Origin: an uncultured Clostridia bacterium
GTDB lineage: Bacteria; Bacillota; Clostridia; Christensenellales; UBA1242
DNA length: 64,000 nt
Assembly: GCA_944381825.1 (NCBI GenBank)
Contig: CALWMK010000003.1
Coordinates: 1,987 to 65,986, forward strand
Reading direction: 5' to 3'
In this document: piece after piece, positions 21,730-30,288 of the stretch
Position numbering within the stretch: position 1 is the first letter of the stretch
Layout: each line of letters starts with the position of its first letter
Notes under the pieces: model-generated
Database searches by the model: none
Told to the model about the DNA's origin: nothing
Seen by the model: only the letters and a program-made list of their open reading frames with translations
Translations under genes and position numbers: made by a program

Positions 21730-21881
21730 AGCAACATTATATCAGTTTTAAAAATAAATTCAAAGAAATTTAAAGTGGATGGAGTTAATTGTTAAACTTT
21801 GAAATGATAAAAAGGTTATAATAAGTCTAATCTATATATTGAATGTATAATATTTTGCATAATACAACATATTGTATTATT

Positions 21882-22808
21882 TTATTTTTTACTATTTTTT
21901 ATTCCAGATAAAAATTCCATTAATAATGAATTGTTTGGAAGATATTCTATATCTATTTCTGAAAAATGTTGTAAAGAATTTTTTATCGCATTGCATGTTA
22001 AAGAATTATTTAATATAGGTGGAAGATACTTTTTGTAAAGTAATGGTTCATAATTATGCGTTGAGTCAATCCAAAAGTTGGCTGTGTGTTTAAAAGGTTT
22101 TATATATTTTTCTTCACCAAGACAAACATTATACCAAAGCGATAAGGTTTGATTTATTGTCATTCCTCTATGAAAGTAATCCCTTATTAGTCTTCTTATT
22201 TTTCTTAGTTCATTGGGTTTTAAAATAATTTTATTATTTAAAGTAAAATTGGTGTTTGGACACACATAAACTCTATATATTTCACTATTATTTTTACTTA
22301 TAAAAATTGGATTTAATGCGTGAATTCCCTCGATAATTATGATACCATTTTTTTCTATTTCAATATTCTCAAATCCCGTTCTTTTTCCTTCAACAAAATC
22401 AAAACGAGGCATTTTAGATTTATTAGAAATAAAGATTTCATTCAAAAATGATTTGAAAAGTGGTATATCAATTGTATTTACATTTTCAAAATCATATGTT
22501 CCATCTTCTAAAATGGGGGTATTTTCTCTGTTTATAAAAAAATCGTCCATAGATATTACGGTGCATGGAATGTTGCATCTAATTAATTTAGACGCAATTA
22601 AATTAGCTGTTGTTGTTTTACCAGAAGAAGAAGGACCAGTTAATAATAAAATTTTAATTTTTGGTAGAGATAAGATATCACTTATTAAATCGTCTATCTG
22701 ATTAATATAAGAACTTTCGCATTTGTCAATTAAATCAATGGTCGAATGTTCATTTTGAAAATTAATTAAGTTTATGTCTATAGTGCTTGTTTTTATGATT
22801 TCTTGCAT
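21882..22808 (-). CDS. Uridine kinase/phosphoribulokinase-family nucleoside kinase-like protein
   Basis: P-loop GPSSSGKTTTA. Layout resembles the about 300-aa Clostridial udk-like proteins. Confidence 0.6.
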   Translation of the reverse strand: MQEIIKTSTIDINLINFQNEHSTIDLIDKCESSYINQIDDLISDILSLPKIKILLLTGPSSSGKTTTANLIASKLIRCNIPCTVISMDDFFINRENTPILEDGTYDFENVNTIDIPLFKSFLNEIFISNKSKMPRFDFVEGKRTGFENIEIEKNGIIIIEGIHALNPIFISKNNSEIYRVYVCPNTNFTLNNKIILKPNELRKIRRLIRDYFHRGMTINQTLSLWYNVCLGEEKYIKPFKHTANFWIDSTHNYEPLLYKKYLPPILNNSLTCNAIKNSLQHFSEIDIEYLPNNSLLMEFLSGIKNSKK

Positions 22809-23098
22809 TTTAATTTCCTGCTTTTATTATTTTCACAATTTAAGATTTTATGAGATGATAAATATAATTATACATAATATTTTATTCTTTTCAAACTAAT
22901 TTGAATTTTTTGTTGATATATAAACTTTTATAACTTATTTTATTAATTTTATCCAATAGCATCATTTTTGGATTATACTCAAGGAGATTTCGTCAAGCGA
23001 CACGAAGTGGCATTTGTAAGCAAAAGGGCGCCAGATAAAAATAGGATTAACATAACTTTTTCACTAAAAACATAAAAATATTTAAAATTGAGGTAGAT

Positions 23099-24538
23099 AT
23101 GAATTTAACACAATTGATTTCAAAAGTTGAAGTGGTTAAGGTGGTGGGAGATATTAATATTGAAATTGAAAAAGTAATATTCTCTAGTAAAGAAAAATGT
23201 AAAAATGCACTTTTCGTTTGCTTGGTTGGTACTAATACAGATGGTCATGATTTTGTTCTTGAAGCGCTTTCCAATGGCGCAGTTGCGATTGTATGTCAAA
23301 AAGAACTTGATATTGACATTCCGCAGATAATTGTTCGTAATACTAGAAGAACTCTAGCTGTGCTCTCTGCAAATTTTTGGGGAAATCCAGCTGAAAAACT
23401 GAAACTTATTGGTGTGACTGGAACAAACGGAAAAACTTCAACAACTATGATTATAAGACAAATTTGCTTAGAAAATAACTGTGGAGTGGGAGTTATTGGT
23501 ACATTGGGATATCATATTAATAAACAAAGTTTTGATTGTGATTTGACTACTCCAGACCCTTTTAAATTGCATGAAATTTTCAAACAAATGATGAATGCAG
23601 GAGTTAAAGTTGTGGCTATGGAAGTTTCTGCTCATGCAATAGCGTTAGAAAAAATTTATGGTTTAAAATTTGAAATTGGAATTTTAACAAACATAACTCA
23701 AGACCATCTAGATTTTTTTAAGACAATGGAAAAATATGCATCAACAAAAATTGACTTTTTAAAATCAAATCAAATCAAAACCTTAGTGTTAAATAGTGAT
23801 GACTCATATTTTTCACAATTTAAGGAAAATTATTTTATAAGCTATGGAATTTCCAATCCAGCTGAGTGTTTTGCTATGGAAATTGCCCTAAATTTAAAAG
23901 GCTCAAGCTTTATTGCAAACATCCTTGATAATGTTATGAAAATTAAAACAAAATTGTGTGGTTATTTTAATATTTATAATATTTTAGCGGCAGCTACCGC
24001 AGCCTTACTTTTAGGATTTTCTACTAAAAGTGTGGAAAAAGCACTAAGAAAAATTGGAAGGGTGGATGGAAGATTTAACATAATTGAAACTTCGAAAGGT
24101 AATGTCGTTATAGATTTTGCTCATACTCCTGATGGCTTAGAAAACATTTTAAAAAATATTAAACAGCTTTCTATGAATGAAAAAATTATAACTGTTTTTG
24201 GTTGTGGTGGAAATAGAGATGCTTTAAAAAGACCAATAATGGGAAAAATAGCAGATAGATATAGCGATGTAATTATTTTAACAAGCGATAATCCTAGATT
24301 TGAAAATCCTGATCTTATAAGTGATGATATCTTGCAAGGAATAGAAAATAAAGACAAATGTTTAAGAGAAAATGATAGAAAAAAAGCTATTAAAAAAGCT
24401 ATTGAAATGTTAAATGGCAATGAAGTTGTTGTGGTATGTGGAAAAGGTGGGGAGAAATATCAGGACATAAATGGAGTTTTAAGTCCTTATGATGATATAA
24501 AAGTTGTGAAAAATATTGTTAAAGTTCTAAACCTCTAA
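23099..24538 (+). CDS. murE: UDP-MurNAc-L-Ala-D-Glu--2,6-diaminopimelate ligase
   Basis: GVTGTNGKTST P-loop. The DNPR motif (TSDNPRFE) indicates meso-DAP specificity. Confidence 0.9.
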   Translation: MNLTQLISKVEVVKVVGDINIEIEKVIFSSKEKCKNALFVCLVGTNTDGHDFVLEALSNGAVAIVCQKELDIDIPQIIVRNTRRTLAVLSANFWGNPAEKLKLIGVTGTNGKTSTTMIIRQICLENNCGVGVIGTLGYHINKQSFDCDLTTPDPFKLHEIFKQMMNAGVKVVAMEVSAHAIALEKIYGLKFEIGILTNITQDHLDFFKTMEKYASTKIDFLKSNQIKTLVLNSDDSYFSQFKENYFISYGISNPAECFAMEIALNLKGSSFIANILDNVMKIKTKLCGYFNIYNILAAATAALLLGFSTKSVEKALRKIGRVDGRFNIIETSKGNVVIDFAHTPDGLENILKNIKQLSMNEKIITVFGCGGNRDALKRPIMGKIADRYSDVIILTSDNPRFENPDLISDDILQGIENKDKCLRENDRKKAIKKAIEMLNGNEVVVVCGKGGEKYQDINGVLSPYDDIKVVKNIVKVLNL

Positions 24539-24550
24539 AGGAGTGGTAAA

Positions 24551-25552
24551 ATGTCAAAATTTTATATAAGTTTTTTGTTAGGATTGTTGATTTCGATATT
24601 ACTATCACCTCTTATCATAAAACTATCAAAAAGATTAAAAGTTTCCCAAACCATTCTTCATTATGTTGAAGAACACACACAAAAGCAAGGCACGCCAACT
24701 ATGGGTGGTTTTATATTTTTGCTTGGTGTTATACTTACAAGTCTATTATTTTTAAATAGTGGTAGTACTCTAGCTTTAGTTACTTTGGGTGCTACATTGG
24801 CATTTGGGATATTAGGATTTCTAGATGATTTTATAAAAATAAGATATAAACAAAATGAGGGTTTGAAGCCTTATCAAAAAATCATTGGGCAAGTGGGTAT
24901 ATCTTTAATATTAGGATATTTTATTTATGTATTTGTTGGCTCAGATATTTTAATACCCTTTACTTTAAAAAGTGTGGATTTGGGAATTTTTATAATTCCA
25001 TTTGCCATGTTTGTTTTTATTGCAGTAGTAAATAGTGTAAATTTAATTGATGGTTTAGATGGTTTGTCGACAGGGGTTTCGTCTGCCTTTATTTTAGGAT
25101 TTACAATTTTTTGTCTAACATTTTTATCAGCTTTTAATTTAAACGATTTAATGATGCATGAATATGAAAATTTGTTTTTAGTCTGTTTTGCAATGCTTGG
25201 TAGTTTGCTTGCATTTTTTGGTGTAAATTGTTATCCGGCAAAGATCTTTATGGGAGATACTGGTTCTCTTGCTTTGGGAGGATTTATAAGTTGCATATGT
25301 CTTTTTACTAAAAATGCCTTAATAATTCCAATTATAGGAGTTTTATATGTAGTTACAGCTCTTTCAGATATACTCCAAGTGGCACATTTTAAACGCACTA
25401 AAAAACGAATTTTTTTAATGGCGCCACTTCATCACCATTTTCAAAAAAAAGGTGTGAATGAAAACAGAATAGTCACTATATATATAATTATAACGGTGAT
25501 TATGTTTGTTTTAAATTTGATTATAACATCAATCGCCCATGGAGGCACATGA
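24551..25552 (+). CDS. mraY: Phospho-N-acetylmuramoyl-pentapeptide transferase
   Basis: KQGTPTMGG, NLIDGLDGL, MGDTGSLALGG, APLHHHF. Confidence 0.95.
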   Translation: MSKFYISFLLGLLISILLSPLIIKLSKRLKVSQTILHYVEEHTQKQGTPTMGGFIFLLGVILTSLLFLNSGSTLALVTLGATLAFGILGFLDDFIKIRYKQNEGLKPYQKIIGQVGISLILGYFIYVFVGSDILIPFTLKSVDLGIFIIPFAMFVFIAVVNSVNLIDGLDGLSTGVSSAFILGFTIFCLTFLSAFNLNDLMMHEYENLFLVCFAMLGSLLAFFGVNCYPAKIFMGDTGSLALGGFISCICLFTKNALIIPIIGVLYVVTALSDILQVAHFKRTKKRIFLMAPLHHHFQKKGVNENRIVTIYIIITVIMFVLNLIITSIAHGGT

Positions 25553-26835
25553 ATTTAAAAAATAAAAATGTTTTTGTTTATGGACTTGGAAAATCGGGCA
25601 AAGCTTGTATAAATTTTTTGAACAAGCAAAATGCAAATGTTTTTGTTTATGATGACAACACTAGTTTAAAAAAAGAATACAAAAATTTTGTAGATGGGAA
25701 TTTTGATTTTACAAAACTCGACTTGGCAATTTTAAGTCCTGCAATTTATTGTGGAGCAATTTTTGAAAAACTAAAAAGTTTAAAAATTCCAACAATAAAT
25801 GAAATTCAACTTGCTTATGAGTTTTTTAAAGGCAAGTTTATTGCAGTTACTGGTACAAATGGCAAAACAACGACAGTTTCGCTTTTAGGTGAAATTTTTA
25901 AGCGCGCCAATTTTGACTGTGTTGTTTGTGGAAACATTGGTGTGCCTTTAATTTCATTATATGAACGGGATAATAAAGAAAAAATTTACATATTGGAAAT
26001 AAGCAGTTTTCAACTTGAGTATGTAACCAGCTTCAAACCATATGTTTCATGTATTTTAAACATTGCGCCAGACCACTTGAACAGGCACAAAACAATGGAA
26101 AACTACGAAAGAATTAAATTTTCAATTTGTAAAAATCAATCTAGAAATGACTTTTTGGTGTTAAATGAAAATTTGAAAGAAGCTTCTAAAAAATACAAAA
26201 TTAAGCCAAAAAGAAAATTGTTTGGAAGGGGTGGGGTTTGTGAAGAAAAAAATGGAATTGTTAACTACAATAATAATTTTGTTTTACATAAATCAATGGT
26301 TAAACTTTTGGGCGAAAAAAATTTAGAGAATGTTTTGGCTAGCATTATAGTTGCAAAGATATTTAAAATAAAAAATGAAATTATAGAAGATGTTGTTTAC
26401 GAATTTACTTCACTTGAACACAGAATTGAATTTGTGGCAAAGATTGGCGGAATTAGTTTTATTAATGATAGCAAGTCAACCAATGTGGCAAGCACTCTTT
26501 GTGCTTTGGAATGTTTTAAAAGCAAAAGTGTTGTTTTGCTGGTTGGCGGAATAGGCAAAAAAGAAGATTATTCTAAAATTTTTGGTTATGACAATTTGAA
26601 ATGTGTTGTTTGTTATGGAGATGCAAAAGATGAAATTTATGATTGTGGGCTAAATAAAAATTTTGATAAGATGTTAAAAGCAAAAAACTTAAAAGATGCT
26701 TTTGAAAAAGCTTATGTGCTTTCATGTGAAAATGATTTTGTTTTGCTTTCTCCAGCTTGTGCAAGCTTTGATGAATTTAGTGGCTTTGAGGAAAGAGGAC
26801 GCTGTTTTAAGGAGTTTGTAAATGAAAAAAAATAA
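25549..26835 (+). CDS. murD: UDP-MurNAc-L-alanine--D-glutamate ligase
   Basis: GTNGKTTT P-loop, Mur ligase layout, 4-nt overlap with mraY. Confidence 0.9.
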   Translation: MNLKNKNVFVYGLGKSGKACINFLNKQNANVFVYDDNTSLKKEYKNFVDGNFDFTKLDLAILSPAIYCGAIFEKLKSLKIPTINEIQLAYEFFKGKFIAVTGTNGKTTTVSLLGEIFKRANFDCVVCGNIGVPLISLYERDNKEKIYILEISSFQLEYVTSFKPYVSCILNIAPDHLNRHKTMENYERIKFSICKNQSRNDFLVLNENLKEASKKYKIKPKRKLFGRGGVCEEKNGIVNYNNNFVLHKSMVKLLGEKNLENVLASIIVAKIFKIKNEIIEDVVYEFTSLEHRIEFVAKIGGISFINDSKSTNVASTLCALECFKSKSVVLLVGGIGKKEDYSKIFGYDNLKCVVCYGDAKDEIYDCGLNKNFDKMLKAKNLKDAFEKAYVLSCENDFVLLSPACASFDEFSGFEERGRCFKEFVNEKK

Positions 26836-27955
26836 AAAGAACTTTTTTAAAATGGACACAACTGCTTGGGTAGTACTTATATGCATAATACTATTAGTTG
26901 TGTTTGGTTGCATTATGGTTTATAGTGCAAGTTATTATTCTGCTGGATTAAATGGAGGAAATCAATATAGATTTTTAATAAAACAAATTATCGGTGTTTT
27001 GTTTGGCTTTGCTGGCTTGATTTTTTTTATGATTTTTCCATATAACAAACTTAAAAAATTTAAGTGGTGGGCGGTTTTAATTAGTGTTGTTCTTTTGGTA
27101 CTTGTCTTTGTTCCTGTGATTGGTATTGAAAACTATGGTGCTAGAAGATGGATTGGTGCATTTGGTTTTTCTTTTCAACCAAGTGAAATTGCCAAATTTG
27201 CTCTCGTTTTATTTTGCGCCTGTCATTTATCTGATAATTATGAAAAAGTTAAATCTTTTAAAACTTTGCTTCCTGTTTTGGGTGTTGGCGCGATTTTTTG
27301 TGTTCTAATTATATTAGAACCTAACATGAGCATAACTATGTGTGTTGCAATAACTCTTGTAATTATGCTTTTTGTGGGAGGGATTAGTGCAAAGCATTTT
27401 TCAGCTCTTGCTGTGCCCGGAATTTTGGCTGTGCCTGCTTTGATTTTTTTAGAGCCTTACAGAGTTAAAAGGTTAATGGCATTTTTAGATCCTTGGGCTT
27501 CTCCAAAAGCTGAAGGTTTTCAACTCATTCAATCTTTATATTCGCTTGGCTCTGGCGGTTGGTTTGGTGTTGGGCTTTTTAATTCTAGGCAAAAATATTT
27601 GTTTTTGCCGTTTTGTGAAAGCGATTTTATTTTTTCCATAATCGGCGAAGAACTTGGCTACATTGGTTGTTTGGGTGTACTTGGAATTTTTGCGGTTTTA
27701 GTTTGCTTTTTAATTAAAATTGCGCTTGAGGCAAAAGACAGATTTGGTGCGCTTTTGGTTACAGGAATTGCTTCAATAATCGCCACTCAAGTTTTAATCA
27801 ATGTTGCCGTTGTAACAGGCTCCATTCCACCAACGGGCTTGCCACTTCCGTTTATCAGTGCAGGGAGCACATCGCTTGTTGTTTTCATGAGCGCAATTGG
27901 TGTTTGCTTGAATGTTAGAAAGCAGAGTAGACAGGCTGAAATTAATATTAATTAA
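26822..27955 (+). CDS. ftsW: FtsW/RodA/SpoVE-family peptidoglycan glycosyltransferase
   Basis: SEDS features: FQPSE, ESDFIFS, LPLPFISAGSTS. Position is after murD. Confidence 0.85.
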   Translation: MKKNKKNFFKMDTTAWVVLICIILLVVFGCIMVYSASYYSAGLNGGNQYRFLIKQIIGVLFGFAGLIFFMIFPYNKLKKFKWWAVLISVVLLVLVFVPVIGIENYGARRWIGAFGFSFQPSEIAKFALVLFCACHLSDNYEKVKSFKTLLPVLGVGAIFCVLIILEPNMSITMCVAITLVIMLFVGGISAKHFSALAVPGILAVPALIFLEPYRVKRLMAFLDPWASPKAEGFQLIQSLYSLGSGGWFGVGLFNSRQKYLFLPFCESDFIFSIIGEELGYIGCLGVLGIFAVLVCFLIKIALEAKDRFGALLVTGIASIIATQVLINVAVVTGSIPPTGLPLPFISAGSTSLVVFMSAIGVCLNVRKQSRQAEININ

Positions 27956-28043
27956 TAAATTTGTCATTATCCTTCATTTTTGTTGATTTGTTTAAAATTT
28001 CTTTGTGGCAAAGTGCAAGAGTGTTACGCATTTTATTGGTTGT

Positions 28044-28072
28044 TTGACATAAACTGAAAAATTTGGTATATT
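28044..28072 (+). promoter_or_regulatory. Sigma-A promoter with extended -10 driving the large ncRNA
   Basis: TTGACA (28044-28049), 17-nt spacer, TGgTATATT (28064-28072). Confidence 0.6.
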
Positions 28073-28078
28073 ATACAC

Positions 28079-28706
28079 ATCTAGAGGCGCAGTATTCTAG
28101 TCGTCATTTCATTCGGGAGGATGATTAAAAGCATCGAAGGGCATAACTGTGAAGTTTCTGGTGCTTGCTTTGGTTGCCCAAACTGGGGTGAGTGCTGGGA
28201 GTTAAGATTTTTGGGCGCACTATAACGGCATATAGTACACGACCCAATTATCGTGGAGACCTATGCTTGGTAGAAATAAAGGTTTGTCCTTACATTCTAC
28301 TGGATAGGATAAAACCTGCATTGCGGTGCAAAAGCTGTGTGCAGAGTAGCCTGCTTTGAGTGATGTTTAGGGGATATTGACTTCAAGCGACATCTTCAAA
28401 GGGCCTAATGAAACTGTTGCTGTAATTGAAACTAACATTGCAAAAAAAGCTAACGAAATGAAAATGGCGTTAAGGAAAACTTCTAGACTGTTGACTTGGT
28501 TCAGGTTTTTGAGGGATTATAGTGTGGTCTAAGTGGCGATTCGGTGAATTTGTTTGTTTAAAAGGAAACTGCTTATACGGCGACGATGAGTACAAACAAC
28601 AGGGAAATCCTACCGAACCTATGCCGCAAGGTTTACTTCAAAAATTGCCTCTATACATAATGATTTTAGATTTTGTTTGTAAAACATTTCTAAAATCATT
28701 TTTTTT
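28079..28706 (+). ncRNA. Large structured non-coding RNA, OLE-class candidate (about 0.6 kb)
   Basis: There is no credible ORF. G+C is far above the flanks (31/60 in 28141-28200 against 10/60 in 28681-28740, my count). It has its own promoter and terminator. Closing helix TAGAGGC (28082-28088) / GCCTCTA (28647-28653). Many local helices, e.g. 28227-28232/28262-28267 with 28238-28241/28252-28255, 28280-28285/28312-28317, 28316-28320/28340-28344, 28616-28620/28629-28633. A 4-TM protein gene follows, then argR-recN, as in described OLE/oapA loci. Confidence 0.7.
28659..28706 (+). terminator. Intrinsic terminator at the 3' end of the ncRNA
   Basis: 12-bp stem AATGATTTTAGA (28659-28670) / TCTAAAATCATT (28689-28700), then T-run 28701-28706. 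Confidence 0.8.
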
Positions 28707-28754
28707 ATTATATAATAAGTTATAGACTTAAAAAGGAAGTAGGGTTAATAAAAA

Positions 28755-29402
28755 ATGGAAAACCAAACTAATGGGAATAATGATTCTAAAAAAAGGAAGG
28801 TTAAAACAACATCTAAGAAAGTAAAGTGGTATATTTGGCCCATTAAGATATTTTTTCTTGCTTTTGCCTTGTCATTAGTATTTAGTATTGGAAGTGAATA
28901 TTTAACTTCGGCTACAGGAATTGTGTTTTCTATTCTTATAATAATTCTATTTATATCGATTTCAATTATAACGGATATGATTGGTGTTGCTGTAACTGCT
29001 TGTGCCATTGAACCTTTTGCAGCAATGGCATCTAAAAAAGTTAAAGGTGCAAAAGAGGCTATGTTACTAATTAAAAATGCAGACAAGGTTGCAAGCTTAT
29101 GCGCCGATGTGCTTGGCGATGTTTGTGGAATTTTGAGTGGTGCTGCAGGTGCAGCTATTGTAATAAAAGTTACAGAAGGTATGACTAGCAATGCTGGAAT
29201 AATTCTTGTTGCCTCTTTAATAAGTGCTTTTATTGCTGGTTTGACGATTTTTGGAAAGGCGTTAGGGAAAAAGTTTTCGCTTGATAATTGTAATAAAATT
29301 ATTTTATTTGTTGGGAAATGTCTGAGCCCTTTTCGTTCTAAAAAAGCTCAAGCAAATCAAAATAAGGATAGTGTAAAAAATGTTGAAAAAGATAACTTAT
29401 AA
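28755..29402 (+). CDS. oapA: Basic 4-TM membrane protein, OapA-like (OLE-associated protein candidate)
   Basis: Lys/Arg-rich N-terminus (KKRKVKTTSKKVKW), four predicted TM helices, about 23 kDa, located immediately 3' of the ncRNA. Assignment rests on position and architecture, not on recognised sequence motifs. Confidence 0.55.
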   Translation: MENQTNGNNDSKKRKVKTTSKKVKWYIWPIKIFFLAFALSLVFSIGSEYLTSATGIVFSILIIILFISISIITDMIGVAVTACAIEPFAAMASKKVKGAKEAMLLIKNADKVASLCADVLGDVCGILSGAAGAAIVIKVTEGMTSNAGIILVASLISAFIAGLTIFGKALGKKFSLDNCNKIILFVGKCLSPFRSKKAQANQNKDSVKNVEKDNL

Positions 29403-29432
29403 ATTTTATTAAAACCTATTTAGAAATTTTAT

Positions 29433-29465
29433 AAAATCTTTGTCTTTAGGCAAAGATTTTTTTTG
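29433..29465 (+). terminator. Intrinsic terminator after the oapA-like gene
   Basis: 10-bp stem AAAATCTTTG / CAAAGATTTT, 8-nt loop, T-run. Confidence 0.75.
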
Positions 29466-29670
29466 TGCCTTTGGTTTGGGTGGAAATTTACTATTAAGAT
29501 AAAGAAATATTTTTAACTTATATTTATATAACATATAAGCATTTATTAAACTTTGAAAAATGAATTAAAAGAAGCAAGACCATTGCAAAAATAAAATATG
29601 CATAAATGATTATATTTATAAATCCTGTTTTTATAGATATTCAAAAGTTCAAATTTTTATAAAAATTGAC

Positions 29671-29762
29671 TGAATAATTATGCAAAAATCGCTTGCATAA
29701 TTATAAATTTCATTGTATAATCATTAAAAAGTGATGAATATATATTAATTTATATTTATTCA
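29671..29762 (+). promoter_or_regulatory. ARG-box-like operator half-sites around the argR promoter
   Basis: Matches to TGAAT-4-ATTCA: TGAATAATTATGCA (29671-29684), TGCATAATTATAAA (29694-29707), TGAATATATATTAA (29735-29748), TTTATATTTATTCA (29749-29762). The AT-rich background makes chance matches likely. Confidence 0.35.
29693..29721 (+). promoter_or_regulatory. Putative argR promoter
   Basis: TTGCAT (29693-29698), 17-nt spacer, TATAAT (29716-29721). Confidence 0.5.
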
Positions 29763-29818
29763 CAAATCGCTGAAAGCCTTATTTTATAAGGGATTTATGA
29801 AAAAAAGGAACGAGTAAG

Positions 29819-30277
29819 ATGGCAAGGTCAAAAAGACAATCAAAAATTTTAGAATTGATTTCAACTAATGAAATTGAAACCCAAGATGAATTGGTTACAT
29901 ATTTGAAAAATGCTAATTTTGATATTACTCAAGCCACAATTTCGAGAGATATTAAAGAATTAGGATTAATCAAAATCCTTAGTCAAGAAACTGGTAAATA
30001 CAAATACTCTCTTGTTGAAACAAATGAAACTGCGGTTTCAAACAAAAACATTTGCATCTTTAAAGAAGCTGTTATTTCTATTAGAACGGCTCAAAATCTT
30101 TGCGTTATAAAAACCATAAAAGGCATGGCTTCAGCAATTTGTGGATTGATTGACAAATTAAATTTAGATTCACTTATGGGGGCTGTAAGCGGTGACGACA
30201 CGATAATGGCAATATTCCCTAATTTTGATTTCGCACAAAATGCAACACACACTCTTTTAAATATTTCTTCAAATTAA
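29819..30277 (+). CDS. argR: Arginine repressor
   Basis: Winged-helix N-domain (QATISRDIKELGL) and C-terminal oligomerisation domain (GAVSGDDTIM). Confidence 0.9.
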   Translation: MARSKRQSKILELISTNEIETQDELVTYLKNANFDITQATISRDIKELGLIKILSQETGKYKYSLVETNETAVSNKNICIFKEAVISIRTAQNLCVIKTIKGMASAICGLIDKLNLDSLMGAVSGDDTIMAIFPNFDFAQNATHTLLNISSN

Positions 30278-30288
30278 ATAGGTATATT

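Noticed and set aside
28079-28706. Alternative identities for the large RNA: RNase P RNA, tmRNA, 6S, a riboswitch leader of the downstream gene
   Set aside because: I found no RNase P universal motif (GAGGAAAGTCC-like) and no tmRNA tag ORF or tRNA-like ends. It is far longer than 6S RNA or any riboswitch, and it ends in a strong terminator rather than an expression platform. ROOL and GOLLD cannot be excluded by eye, but they are not known to pair with a 4-TM gene plus argR-recN synteny.
28522-28725. 67-aa ORF inside the large ncRNA region
   Set aside because: It has no SD. Its composition reflects the structured RNA. It runs through the closing helix and into the terminator stem, and it shows no recognisable protein features.
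28745-29191. 148-aa minus-strand ORF antisense to the oapA-like gene
   Set aside because: It is the mirror frame of a well-supported plus-strand membrane protein and has no SD. This is a typical shadow ORF.
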